Below, one piece after another: positions 36,776 through 49,724 of a stretch of 64,000 nt of DNA (its first letter is position 1; the number at the start of each line of letters is the position of its first letter). A program made the translations under genes and the position numbers. The notes beneath the pieces are model-generated. The model did not search any database and was not told the DNA's origin. It saw only the letters and a program-made list of their open reading frames with translations. Origin of the DNA: Octopus sinensis (lineage: Eukaryota); assembly GCF_006345805.1 (NCBI RefSeq), contig NC_043003.1:43152001-43216000 (forward strand). The letters run 5' to 3'.

Positions 36776-39700
36776 CGATGTAATTGGGATTTCGTGCAAT
36801 ATTCACTATTTTCAGATTCATGATATGACATCATGTAAATTTCTGCGTACACGTCAGTCCTTTCTGCAGAAGGAGGACTGGCGAATATGAAGTAATATTA
36901 CAATTTACTCAGAGTTCAAGAATGAAGTAAGCAAGAAAATCTACGATAACGCGAAGCGTAGATGAATATAGCCGTGTACTTAACGAATTATATATACATA
37001 TGCATACACACATGGGTATATACATATAGACATACGTACATATACAGGCATATATATGTATGCGTGTTTGAATATGTTTGTATATGGTGTATGTATATAC
37101 ACTCACCTACACTAATACACTCATACTCTCACCCTTACTGTAGATTTTTGCGTATATATGTAATGAAAAACCTACGAGAAGTGTTATCGTATATGAAGTG
37201 CAAGTGCTACTGCTAACATGCACAGAATAAAAGGAAGTTACTGAACCCATTTTGAGCATCAACGGATATATTTCACAGAACATGCATTTCCCCTTTGTTT
37301 CATACGGGAACATATTTAACTCATAGATATATTTATGAAAATATGCTCTCCAACACAGTAATATGTTGTTATTGAAGAATTTACAAGCAAAACATTATTT
37401 ATGCAAATTTGGAATGTCGATCTTGCGTAGCCATCGGATTCTGTGGTCATAGATAGCTATCAATTATCCGCGAATTTCGAAAAACAACTCAACAGTGACT
37501 GAAGCTTTGTTAAGTCTATCATTCTTATGAACTCGCTGTGTTTATTACACATATTACACAATATCGCAATGAAAAAATGCAAATACATACTTAAGTTATA
37601 GTTCAGAATTACTTTAAGTTAAGAATTGTATCAATAAATGTCACTTTTATAATATTTAAATGCAACGTCTGTGTCGCTTATGGAGAGGAACCGAATATTA
37701 AGGAAGACTAATACGTTTGAGCAATGCTGAACAAATGCGACTTACAAAAAGGGAAAATTATAGCAAATTTAACAGAATTGTTATTCCAGAAAATTATAAT
37801 GCACAGTTTATCTGTAAAAGATATAAAAATATTATAATTATAGTTGAAATAGATTCTCATCATTGATAAATGTATTCAAGCAAGGCAAAAAATTTAAATA
37901 GAAAAAAAAACAATTTCATATCACACTAATTTTAACAGCCTTTCAATTAGAGAAATTATGTGTATAAAATAAACAAATATATATCGCTGTATAAAAATAA
38001 AGATAAAAAATCTGACTGTAAATTTGTCTAGTAAAAGAAAGAAAATCGAACTGATGCAAAAAATTGACATTTAAATTTTTTAGAAAATGAAAAAAATCTA
38101 CAACATATAAAATGATTGTAACGATATTCACTGCATAATTTCAGTTTACATCTTCAATCAGCTAGAATGTTTGAAGTGGATAAAAGTAGTTTTGTTTTAA
38201 TAGAAGAACCATACTAATTTACAGAGTCACATTTTCATGTTTGAAAATGTTAAAACGTGATTTAAGTATTGTATGTTATATATTAAAGGTACGTGAGTTC
38301 TAGAAATATATTTTACGATCTGTGTATTCAGTCAGTTAGCAGTAAAAATGAATGAAACAAAAATTTGAATGTTCGTAATTATATTAATAAAATAACTGCT
38401 AAATATGCATATGGTTAGTGGGTAGGTTATTCATAAAGGCTTACGTTCATACCGTCGTGGATTCAATTCCGATCAAATTATTTAAGCTCATTTACTCCAT
38501 TCTACTTAGCTGGAAATAAGTATCGACCATTGCCCCCCATCACGCCAGATGTCTCCTTCTCTTCTACTGGGGCAAGTGCGAGTGGCCTGACAGGATAGCT
38601 ATGACTGCTTATAAGCATATAAAACAATGAGCGAAAGTATCGTACATATTACCAAGGAAGTATGTAGGTATAAGGGGAAATCTGCTGGGTGTCTGGGATG
38701 TTATGATCTGCAGAATTCATGGTCAGTGCCTGCATGTCTTTCGTTAAAATTTATATTTAGGTACAGACCATGACCACTACAGTTCATCATATCCCTACAT
38801 GTTTGACTGTACGAGTACTTAAAGCACAGAGTGTACTCGGATGTGCTAAAGGACGTGTGTGCATGTGCGTGATTGCGCATGTGCATGCGTGTGTGTCTAC
38901 GTGTGTGTGTGCGTGTGTATATGCTTGCGTAGTTTGTGTATCTGTATTTTTGCGTGTTTGCGTTTGTTGGTGTTATATTTACCGTAAATGAAGGTCTTGT
39001 TTAAGAATACACACGGTCAAAGAGATGCAAGCCGTGAGCATCTGCTTTTATTTGCTGCTCTATAGATGAAGCTACTTTCCAAATACGTCCGTACTTTATT
39101 TCCAAAAGATTTGGCTGTAAGTCAACAGAGATTTCCTTGCGATAGCTAAATGGATTTATCATCTCTAGAGGAGCTCTAACTTTCGATTAATGTATGAGAA
39201 TGTACGTTTATGTGTATGTAGATAAATATGCACATGTAAGTGTTTGTGTGAGTGTGTGTGTGTGTATGTGTACGTGTGTGTTTGTGCGTCTGTGTGTGAG
39301 ACAAAAGAATTTGTCCAATTAATTTTAGGTGACATGTTCATGATCTGGTTATACATGGTCTAAGTTATTAAACTGCCACGAATTTGTAATCAGAATCAAG
39401 TAACATCTGAAGAAATGAGACTGATGTATTGCCTTACTATATTCCCCGCAAAGTTTCAATGTTTTCTATTTTATTTTCCCGCAGCAAAAGTAAATTCGCA
39501 TTGAAACTATAACTATTTATTTCTGTTAAATATAGATGTACAAAGACTCGCATGTGCTAGCATATCTATGCATAATTCTGGTTGTCCGAGTATGAGTGTA
39601 CGAATATTATTTGCATGTCTTGCAGTAATGCATTTTTGTTCATTAATGTTGTTAAAAACTGTCTAACTTAAACCTCTCAATCGTTATCCAAATGTGTTCT

Positions 39701-39936
39701 TCACACAACATACAACAGGATGTATTAGACTGCGAAATATAAGTTGCTCAAACTGGCTAGAAAGCTAGAATAGATGATAAACGATTTAAAGTGAGTCGAG
39801 TGAAGTGTACCTGTCAACGAGATACCCATTTCTCTATCGTACGCAGTTATTCTGTCAGGTTGTTACTCCGAGGCTAATAAGTCATCGCGTCTGATTGAAC
39901 TGAGTGAAATATAAATATTAATTTGAGAAATTCTGA

Positions 39937-40432
39937 ATCATGATGTAATCACCATATTCTTGGACCCAGAAGTTAGGGCAGTATACCTGATGGAGGCAAA
40001 TGGTGAAGTCGGTGCCTTTAGAATAATCTCTCTATATATAAACGGCGAAATGTCTGTGTGTGTGTCCTTTATACAAATCCACAATTTTTCAGTTTGAAGG
40101 CTCGCACTTTCTATGGTCATTTAAAACCGTCCAAGGGCGGTCGTGCTCATCTTTATATTTCTCCCGTCACCCTGCAAAGCCATTAAAAGGAGTGAGTTTT
40201 GTGAATTTTCTATCCAAAACCCAATCAAAGTGCCCGAAACTTGATATGCCAATTGAATGCCAGCTAGCTGTATGTGATTGGTTGGAGATTTGGACTGTAC
40301 TCGCGTGTATGTGCGCACGCACGCAGCTGTATATGCATACAGACCCAGTAACGCCGGGTCACATTGCTTGTTATTTATTATTCACTCACTGACTCAGACA
40401 GCAGGACTTCTTCAGACGCCTAGAAGCATTCA
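39937..40432 (+). mobile_element. Old L1/Tx1-like APE endonuclease relic split by a Helitron
   Basis: FLDPEVRAVYLMEANGEVGAFRI before the insertion and QQDFFRRLEAFI after it resemble the APE motif DPEGRxxxLD..FRLxxVYAP..FF. One frameshift is needed. Confidence 0.5.
40027..40370 (+). mobile_element. Non-autonomous Helitron-like element
   Basis: Starts TC(TCTCTATATATAAA) after an A. Ends with the hairpin GACCC..GGGTC (40342-40360), 6 nt, then CTTG before a T. CTTG is one base off the canonical CTRR. Confidence 0.7.
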
Positions 40433-42046
40433 TAAAAAAACACACGTATAGTATAAATATATAATGGGAATTGACATTATCAATATATTGTTGAAGTGAC
40501 AATACACGGTTTGAATAACAATGCAAAGAAGATTCAACAAAATGCAATTTTCTGCTAATTTCGTATGTCAGCGAATATGGTCACCATTTTATCTTCGTAT
40601 TCACGGATCAGGATAGTGCTCCTACACAGGTCAGAAATTATAACATCTTTATTGGAAGCTGAACATGTTCACTCGGATACCTTACAGAGATTAGACTAGC
40701 AATTCTGTTTCCCATAATGTGAGTCTACTGGGACGAACTTCAGTAGCCGCTTGTAGATGTCTTAAAAAATAATGTTTTTTGAGGGACATTTTGCAGCAAT
40801 TTCCTCCAAGTTGGGCGATACGCAGAACCAACTGCATTAACCCAAAATGAAATGTATGTATTTTCTAAGCAATTAACTGGATGTAGAAGAATGTACATGT
40901 ATTAGAAAACTAACAGTTACTATAGTATTTAATGACAATTCAATTACAATAATACGAAAGTTAATTTTTACCTTTTTTCTCCTTTGGATTTCTATAAATA
41001 TCCACTTCCACAAGTTATGGAAATGTAAACGTTTCTATTTGACGCTATTCAGTAGATTATCTACTTGAATGATCATTCTCTCCATTGTTTATGGTTTTGA
41101 CTTTTAGTAGTTAACTATCTAAACCTGAAGGGAATTTTTCTACTTTATCATTGATTTACTGATTTCTTCTTATATTATGTTCATTAATGCAATGCAGCAT
41201 GGCTTCTGGTTATTTTGTATGCTAAGTGTGTTGTAATATATGTGAAGAACTGTAATAATCGCTGGTGTTATTTGGATCGTTACTGTTTTATTTGTTGGTG
41301 CTTATAGAGTCGTTAGTTTTGTTAGAAATATACTTTGATGTATATGTTCCAGTTATTTACATTCTAGCTGAAATTCCGTTGAAATCCAGCGAGATCTACT
41401 TTCTCTTTCAGCCTTCTGAAATCAATATATTGGAGTGCCACTTAAGTACCGGAGTCAATGTAATCCAGTAACTCTAACCCTCAAATTTCATGACTGTACC
41501 AATATTTGAAACCGTTACTTTTATTGTACTTATTCATTTTCATCTTAATATTTCTGTTTCAAAATGACATTGGTTTACAAATATACAAAGCCCAATATAG
41601 CCATCATTATACACCCGTTTGATAAGGGTACACCAGCTAGATGCATCTCAATGATATGTATGCAATGGTGAGTCCATATCGAGATAAACAAGGCATGAAT
41701 TTGCAGGCGGTGTCCAGTTAGAATTTTCTTCAGGTCGAGAAGCACATCCTGTTAAACGGATCCCTGAATAAGTGTTGTTTAAGGATGATAAACGAAACAT
41801 GGATGTTTCTAGGGTTGAAATATTCAAACGCCAAAACCCTCACAAATCATGGTTATGAATTATCTCTCTGCTCCTCAGAGACGCACATGTCATCACTCAA
41901 TAAAAGCAGTCTTCACCTGGTTATGGTGAAGCAACCGATGCGCAAATCATGAACACCTTAACACTTCCAATGAGTTAAAATCAGAAGAGTTGATAGCCAC
42001 AACCTGGTATTGAAATATGGTATTTATTATTATTTTTTTTATTATT

Positions 42047-42331
42047 ATGTTCTGTTTGACTTTTGCTTTACAGTTGTATAAGTTGGCTCCAAGTCTCACC
42101 TAGAGACCTCAAGAAACAACAAGTTGGAGGTTCATGTTGGTGTTATGCCAAGGGTGCCATAGTTTCGGTTTTGTAGATAGTGTTGTTCTAGAGAATGTTT
42201 AAGAAACCATAAGAAAACAATGTTTGTTTTAAAACTTGAGATTACATAGAAAGAATTTTGCGTAGGATATGAGCAGTTCCCATGAGCACTATCTTTTGAA
42301 TTTCTGCCATTTTAGGGTTTCCCGTTATCTT
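42047..42331 (-). mobile_element. R4/Dong-clade non-LTR element, short 3' fragment (family shared with the 45.5 and 46.6 kb copies)
   Basis: Encodes ITGNPKMAEIQKIVLMGTAHILRKILSM*. The 3' UTR matches 45502-45700 and 46597-46820. Confidence 0.85.
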
Positions 42332-42344
42332 GTTATTATTACTT

Positions 42345-43733
42345 ATTTTTTTCTTCTTTCAAATTTTCTTCCATTTCTTGCCGAGTGTCTTCCCGACTCC
42401 TAGGGCAAAGAAAATCATAGTGTATATTGGTAGGCCATTAAACCAAACACAGTAGTTCGTTCATTTTTTTATTATTTTTTTTTTTTAAAGTTAAATTAAA
42501 ATACATGAGCAGCAACAGTTCTCACATCGACAATGCTCTTCTCAATACGTGTGATGTACCAGTTAAGACAATCTTTTGCACTTCTTGCAGGGATGGTAAG
42601 CCAGGGATCATTCTCATATAATTTTCGGTTCCCTTCTTGATCATTCCTAGTGCTCCTACGATCACTGGTATTGTAACCGCCTTCAGATGCCACATTTTCT
42701 CAATTTCAATGAGTAGGTCTTTATATTTTCTGAGCTTGTCAAACTCTTTCGCTGAGATATTATGATCACAGGGGATGCTCATGTCGATCAATAAGCAAAC
42801 TTTATTGTTTTGGTCTTTCACAACAATATCTGGTTTATTGGCCTTGATGGTTCGGTCTGTATGTACTGGAAAGTCCCGCAGAATGGTTACATTTTCTCCT
42901 TCAGTTACAGCCTCAGGGTGGTGATTATACCACTTGTCGGCAGTTTTGATATTGTAATGCCGACTTATTAGCCAGTGTAGATATTGGCCAACTCTGTCAT
43001 GTCTTAATTTATACTCCACTGGTGCTAAGACTTTACATCCAGAGATTAGGTGGTCCACTGTTTCAATCATGTCGTTGCAGAATCGGCATTTTGGGTCTGC
43101 TCCATTTTTCATCACATTGGCCTGGTAGTTGCGGGTTAATAGGCTTTGGTCTTGAGCAGCCAGGATGAAACCTTCGCTCTCTGCTTTTATCCCTGAGCTC
43201 CGCAGCCACTGATGGGTTTGCTTCTGGTCAACATCAGCTTGTTTGCTGCGGGTCACATATTTGCCGTGCAGAGGTTTCTCCTCCCACCTATCAGCCAATT
43301 GCTCGTGCGCTTTTTTCTTTGCCATCATTTTCACCTTCTTTGCAACAATAGTTGCCGTACTTCCCTCAGGTTGTTCAGTTTGGGTATCCTGCACGAGATC
43401 AATAGCAAATTTTTTGCTTTCCTTGATGATAGAATAAAGCTTCTTTCGTCTCTCGTGATTTTCCACGAGCTTTAGCATCCAGTCATTCGATATTTCGAGA
43501 TATTTGGCCAGTCCAATTGTGGTTGTTTTGTAAGCTAGTTCAAATTGGATCAGGCCTCGACCTCCTTGGGCTCTGGGAAGGTAAAGGCGATCTACGTCTG
43601 CCTTTGGGTGGTGCATCCTATTACAACTCAGCAGCTTGCGTATTTTTCTATCTATATTCTTTACTTCACTCATATTCCAGTTCAACACATTGTAGCTATA
43701 AATAACAACTGGAACTGCTAAGGAATTTATAGC

Positions 43734-43736
<3 letters not shown>
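42345..43736 (-). mobile_element. R4/Dong-clade non-LTR retrotransposon, 5'-truncated, young
   Basis: The ORF is uninterrupted. The 3' UTR ends CACTCGGCAAGAAATGGAAGAAAATTTGAAAG and runs into an A/TAA-rich tail. Confidence 0.92.
42522..43688 (-). CDS. R4/Dong ORF C-terminal part: RT thumb, CCHC zinc knuckle and restriction-like PD-(D/E)xK endonuclease
   Basis: HPKADVDRLYLPRAQGGRGL, ILAAQDQSLLTRNY, CRFCNDMIETVDHLISGC, RHDRV, and KPDIVVKD..LLIDMSIP..KEFDKLRKY. The frame stays open a further 16 codons upstream (IAINSLAVPVVIYSYNV). Confidence 0.9.
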   Translation of the reverse strand: MLNWNMSEVKNIDRKIRKLLSCNRMHHPKADVDRLYLPRAQGGRGLIQFELAYKTTTIGLAKYLEISNDWMLKLVENHERRKKLYSIIKESKKFAIDLVQDTQTEQPEGSTATIVAKKVKMMAKKKAHEQLADRWEEKPLHGKYVTRSKQADVDQKQTHQWLRSSGIKAESEGFILAAQDQSLLTRNYQANVMKNGADPKCRFCNDMIETVDHLISGCKVLAPVEYKLRHDRVGQYLHWLISRHYNIKTADKWYNHHPEAVTEGENVTILRDFPVHTDRTIKANKPDIVVKDQNNKVCLLIDMSIPCDHNISAKEFDKLRKYKDLLIEIEKMWHLKAVTIPVIVGALGMIKKGTENYMRMIPGLPSLQEVQKIVLTGTSHVLRRALSM

Positions 43737-43831
<95 letters not shown>

Positions 43832-43912
43832 AATAATGATAATAATAATAATACTAATACTACTACTACTACTACTACTAATAATAATAATATAATAATA
43901 ATAATAATAATA

Positions 43913-43953
<41 letters not shown>

Positions 43954-43990
43954 GTAATAATAATAATAATAATTATTATCATTATTATTT
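43737..43990. repeat. (AAT)n microsatellite that flips to (ATT)n at about 43975
   Basis: Visible directly in the sequence. Confidence 0.95.
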
Positions 43991-44000
43991 TAATTATTAT

Positions 44001-44609
44001 TTCTCTTTATCACAGTTGTTTTTTTAGCTTTAGGTGTCTTGCAGGCGTAGCGGGCTTACTAACTGCAACCTATGGTACCATGTTATCCCTTCTTTTCATC
44101 TAACTAATATTTCCCGATTACTCTGGCTGTACCAAGAAAGTAAACCGTTTGTAAATATTCTACTGGGCACTTTATTCCAATTTCCTTTATATTCCGCTTG
44201 ATGCCTTCTGATAATGTTCCTAAGGACCCAACAATAATTGACACTATTTTCACCTTCTTCCTTTTTCCATAACTGGGCTATTTCGTACTTAAGAAGTTTG
44301 TACTTATCTATCTTTTCGCCTTCTATTATAGATGTAGAACCCGCCTATTGGGTTACAGCAAGTAACCTTAGCTGCTAAGACCCCTCCTAAATATCCTAGT
44401 AAATATCCTGTCCCTAATAACAGAGTTTTCTGCAGCTGTACTAAACTGGGTTTTATGCTTATTTCCTGTATCTATCTGTTCAGATCTTTAGGGATATATT
44501 TCAATGCACCTATAAAATTACTGGGATACATTTTACCCGCAAATTCCATAGTCTCTGTAATTCACTATCTAGGCCCTTGTACAGTCAATTATCTGGTACT
44601 TTCTATTCC

Positions 44610-44675
<66 letters not shown>

Positions 44676-45424
44676 AATCAGGCCTTCTAGCTTGTATTAC
44701 TCTGTCAATCTGAACGTTAAAGTCCCACATCTTGTATTTCTTACTTGCTAGTACATTATCAGGTTCAGGTTCATACCATTTATCAGTATGTGTAAATCCT
44801 AGCTTTCTACATAGGTCCCAGTGGATTACTCTCCCTAGATTGTCATGTTCTTTCTGGTATTCTTTCTGTGCTAGCATGCTACATTCACTTAGTATGTGAA
44901 TATCGCTTTCCACTTTTGCTTTGCTGGGAATCTACTTGTGTTTTGTCTATCGTGGTACGTATCAAATTAGTCCTCAATGCTTGATCATTAGCAGATACTA
45001 ACAAACTTTTTATTTCCCTCTTCCGCTCTCCTATCTCCCACCATAACCATGTATCATTACTACAGTCTGCTTTGGGAATTTATCATACAACGACTTCTCT
45101 TGCCAGTCAGATAATTTCTGTACTTCTTCTGGTTTTTAAGTTCACTTGGTACTTTGGTTTTGCTAGGTTTTTAAGTTCACTTGGTACTTTGGTTTTGCTA
45201 TGTCTTACTGCTACTCTATTAACTTTTAATAAACTTTCTCCACTGATATCTGCATAGGAGTCTATATCTACTCTAGCTAGCTCCATGCAGTCTTACACTG
45301 ATATTAACCCTATTCTGCCTTCCTTTCTAGGTAGGTATAATCTTGCTATTCCTGCTCTTGGGTGGAGTCCTACATTCATTTTGAATTTCTTTCTTAGTTC
45401 CACTGTCTTGATTTGCTAATTCAG

Positions 45425-45426
<2 letters not shown>
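44001..45426 (-). mobile_element. R4/Dong-clade element, decayed, different family
   Basis: GLHPRAGIARLYLPRKEG, HILSECSMLAQKEY..HD, WDFNVQIDRVIQARRPDLV. It has a 35-bp internal tandem duplication (45131-45200) and an internal (GTA)21 run. Confidence 0.85.
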
Positions 45427-45490
<64 letters not shown>

Positions 45491-45501
45491 GTTATTATTT
45501 T

Positions 45502-46570
45502 ATGTTTGACTTTTGCTTTGCATTTGTACAAGTTGGCTCCAAGTCTGATCTAGAGACCTCAAGAGATAACAAGTTAGAAGTTCGTATTGGTGTTATGTCT
45601 AGTCCGCCATATATTTGGTTTTGTACATAGTGTTGTTCTAGAGAATTTTTAAGAAAACATAAGAAAATTTGAGATTAGGTAGAATGTATTTTGCCTAGGT
45701 TATGGGTAGTTCCCATGTGCACTATCTTTTGAATTTACTTTCTGCAATTTTGGGGTTTCCTGGTATCTTAGCTCGGTAGCAATCAGCCGCTTTTGCTTTC
45801 GATCCTAGAGGACCTATGACAATATGCATTGTTTTAGTCTTCAGGTACCACATTTTGCTAATTTATATTTCAAGATCTTTATACTTGCTCAGTTTTAGGT
45901 AGGTCTTGACAGATACGTTTATATCGATTGGGACAGTCATATGAATGAGGAGGCATAATTTTTGTCTGAAGTCTTTCAATATGAAATCTGGGCTATTTGT
46001 ATCTATCTTACTGTCGGTATGAATGGTGAAGTTCCAGAGGAATTAGATGTGATCACTTTCAAGCACTGAAGGTGGTTTGTGTTCTCACCAGTTTTTGTCA
46101 TGGAGCAAGTCCAGGTTTTCGTAAATTACACAGTGCCTGCTGAGATACTTTCTAGGCGCAAGAAGACTGCACAAGGAGACAACATAATCAATGACTTCAT
46201 ATCATTGTTGACATGCATGACATATTGGGAAGCTGCCGTTCTTCAATATGTCGGCCTGGTAATTCCTTGTAGGTAGGCATTGACTTTGGGCTGCTATGAT
46301 AAACCCTTCTGTTTCAGATTTTAAGCTAGAAGCCATTAGCCATTGATGGGTAAGGGTTTCGTCAACATCAGCATTAGTCGCTCTCTTTCGGGTATTTGCC
46401 ATTGAGAGGTTTTTCTTGCCATTTATCAGTCAGAATAACTAAGGTAGCAGTTTTAGCACGGATTGTCATGTTCTTAGCATTTTCTGCGTTTGTTTTTAGT
46501 ATGTCTAATTCGAGAATTTGCTGAATTTGGAATTCACTCAGATATTCCTTTGCCTGTTTTGTTACTGAGT
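45502..46570 (-). mobile_element. R4/Dong-clade element, 5'-truncated, decayed
   Basis: QWLMASSLKSETEGFIIAAQSQCLPTRNY..CHAC. The 3' UTR matches the 42047 and 46597 copies, and both flanks are (ATT)n. Confidence 0.88.
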
Positions 46571-46596
46571 ATTATTATTATATTATTATTATTATT

Positions 46597-48339
46597 CTAT
46601 GTTTGACTTTTGCTTTATATTTGTACAAGTTGGCTCCAAGTCTCACCCAGAGACCTCAAGAGACAACAGGGTTGGAAGTTCATGTTGTTGTTATGCCTAG
46701 TGTGCCATATATTTGGGGGGTGGGGATGTTGTACTAATGAATGTCTAAAAAAAAAAAATTTTTTTTTTTTTTTTAAACGAAAATTATGTTTTTTTAAACC
46801 TTGAGATTACATAGAGAGTATTTTGCGTAGGATATGAGCAGTTCCCATGAGCACTATCTTTTGAACTTCTGCCATTTTGGGTTTCCTGGTATCTGAGTTA
46901 GGTAGCTATCAGCCCCTTTTGCTATCATTCCCAGGGCACCTATGACAACAGGTATTGTTTTAGTCTTCAGCTTCCACATTTTGCTGATTTCTATTTCAAG
47001 ATCTTTATATTGCTCAGTTTTTGGTAGGTCTTGACAGATACGTTTATATCGATTGGGACAGTCATATCAATGAGGAGGCATGTTCTTTGTTTGAAGTCTT
47101 TCAATATGATGTCTGGCCTATTTGCATCTATCTTCCTGTCAGTTTGAATGGTGAAGTTCAGAGGATTGAGATGTGGTCATTTTCAAGCACTGGGGTGGTT
47201 TGTGTTCCCACCAGTTTTTTCATGGGGCAAATCCAGGTTTTACAGATTACCCAGTGAATATATTGTGCAGCTCTATCGTGCCTGTTGAGATACTCTGTAG
47301 GCGCTAGAAGACTGCACTTGGAGACCACATGGTCAATGGTTTCATTTTGTTGCTTGCATACACGACACGTTGGACTGCTTCTGATCTTTAATATGTTGGC
47401 CTGGTAGTTTCTTGTTGGTAGGCATTTATCTTGAGCTGCTATGATAAACCCCTCTGTTTCAGATTTTAAGCCAGAGGCCATTAGCCATTGATGGGTCAGG
47501 GCTTTGTCGATATCTGCATTATTCGCTCTCTTTGGGTATTTGCCATAGAGAGGTTTTTCTTGCCATTTATTATTCAGAATATCTAAGGCCGCAGTTTTGG
47601 CACGGGTTTTCATGCGCCTAGCTTTTTCTGTGCTGTTTCTTGTATATCTATCTCTAATTCCGAAATTGGTGTTGTATTCGGAATTCACTTAGATATTCCT
47701 TTGCCTGTTTTGTGACTGAGTATGATGCTTTCTTGTTTTCATGTTTGAGACAAGTTTTAACATCCAGTCCTCAGAGTTTTTCAGGTAGGTGTCTAGGCCA
47801 ATTGTAGCAATCTTCATTGTTATTGCCAGTTGCAAAAGACCACGGCCTCCCTCTTTCTTGGCAGATAGAGTCGTTCTGTATCTGCCTTAGGGTGGTGCAT
47901 TCTATGCATTGTTAACAGTTTCCTTATTTTCTGTCGAGCTGACATATTTCAGTAATTGACCAGTTAACAATATTGAAACTGTAAGTCACGACTGGTATAG
48001 CTAATGCATTGATTGCTTCGATCCTGTTTCTTGCATTCAGCTCTGTCTTGAGTATTGCTCTCACTCTTCGATAGCATTCTCTCCTGATCCTTTCCTTCAT
48101 CTCTGAATGCATTATTCCGTTCCCTTCAATTCCCCTAGGTACTTGTAGCTCTCCGCTGGGTCTAGTTCTTTTATGACATTCTGTTGGTCAAGGTTAACGT
48201 TAGATGTTTCTGTCATTTTTCCTTTGATAAACGTAGCCTTGCACATTTATCGAGGCCGAATTGCATTCTGATGTCGTCACTGAATTGTTTGACTATCGCT
48301 AGTAAGCCCTGGAGTTGTTGATCATTTTTTGCAAAAAGC

Positions 48340-48340
<1 letters not shown>
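46597..48340 (-). mobile_element. R4/Dong-clade element, 5'-truncated just after the RT catalytic motif
   Basis: Begins KLFAKNDQQLQGLL..FSDDIRMQFGLDKC, then YKYLG, NRIEAINALAIPVVTYSF, AAQDKCLPTRNY and CRVC..HVVSKC. Frameshifted. Confidence 0.9.
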
Positions 48341-48393
<53 letters not shown>

Positions 48394-48405
48394 GCATTAC
48401 TATTA

Positions 48406-48456
<51 letters not shown>

Positions 48457-48550
48457 CATTACTATTATTATTATTATTATTATTTTTGTTGTTGTTGTTG
48501 TCGTTGTTATTGTTGTTGTTATTGTTGTTATTGTTATTATTAATATTATT
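48341..48550. repeat. (ATT)n/(GTT)n microsatellite
   Basis: Visible directly in the sequence. Confidence 0.95.
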
Positions 48551-48999
48551 ATAATACATCGCACAGTATCCAATATCACGATGTTGATTTAAAATATTGT
48601 GTGTACCGGGGCAAAAATCACTCGAAAAGAAAATTAATTTTCCCTTCAAAATTTGCAATATTTAATATGGTGTCGTCTTTGTTAGCGAGTCAACAAGTGA
48701 GGGAGGTGGAAGGAGAGGCAGAATGCGAAATTGTCTTACGCCGTCACTTGCCCCCACTCATTCTAGATATAAATGATAGTGGTAGTAGCAGCAGGAGTAG
48801 CAACAGCAATAACAACAACAGTAATAACAACAACAACAACAACCAGAGTGGAGATTTCGATTAAGTATGCACGAAATATAACTAGCAGCAGCCAATTGAG
48901 CAAGGAAAATACCACCACCATCACCAATATTGCCACCAACACCACTGCCACCACTACAACTGCCACCACCACCACTACGACCACCACAAAAATTAGTAA

Positions 49000-49724
49000 A
49001 GTTTCGAACAAAGAAAGAGAAGGAAGGTTCAAATAGAAATAACGTCTCCTTCACAAAAGTTACAAATAAGTATGAAATTATGTCGTTAAATGATAAGGAA
49101 GAACATTTAAAGGAAGCTGAGAGGATCATAAGACATGGAGAAAGAAAGGCCACACTAAACGTGCCTCGAAACCTGCTTGAAGCAACCGGAAAAATAATCA
49201 AGTACATCCGTCAGTCCATGAAAGTAGACTGGGAATGCCATCAGACCGAGCCGAGCTCTGCCTGAAAAATATATGGGCGGATGTCAGCTTTGTCAGCCAC
49301 GCCCTGAAGTTCGGCTTCATCAAGGTCATATTCCAGTCGGAATTAGTAGCAAAAAGCACTCAACTTGTCAATTAAAAACAGAGGAGTTCAAGTTAATTTC
49401 CATTTATCTAGGACAGAGAGTGATCTAAGTAACATACCGCCAGAAATCGATTTCTGGTAGGTGGTGAAAGCGATAGTGCAGGAAGATCCTAGAAGCCTCC
49501 TCGAAATCCAAAAGTCCAAAAAGGAAAACTGGTTTGGGATAGGGTTGAAAATTCTACTGCAAGTAAAACCAGAAACTGTAGAGAAAATTCCCAACCTAAT
49601 AGAAATGTCTGGAGGCCAGAATCTGCAGGTAATCGTGGAAGGAAAAAGGCCAAGATGTTACTTCTGTGGCAATTCAGGTCATATTGTCTATTGCCCAACG
49701 GAAAGAATGAAAGGAGAAAATTAA
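49000..49724 (+). mobile_element. Decayed gag-like ORF1 of a non-LTR retrotransposon (L1/Tx1-like?)
   Basis: LQVIVEGKRPRCYFCGNSGH..CP is a degenerate CCHC knuckle preceded by the typical V-x-V-E-G-x-x-P motif. Several stops and frameshifts are present, and no RT follows. Confidence 0.55.

Noticed and set aside
40686-40715. Minus-strand MGNRIASLIS|gtaagg as a myristoylated first exon
   Set aside because: It is only 10 codons, has no compatible downstream exon and is expected by chance.
41700-41960. Segment resembling a dispersed repeat I recall from octopus DNA (similarly 19800-19960 and 34820-34950)
   Set aside because: There is no second copy or diagnostic structure within the window, so it cannot be supported without a database search.
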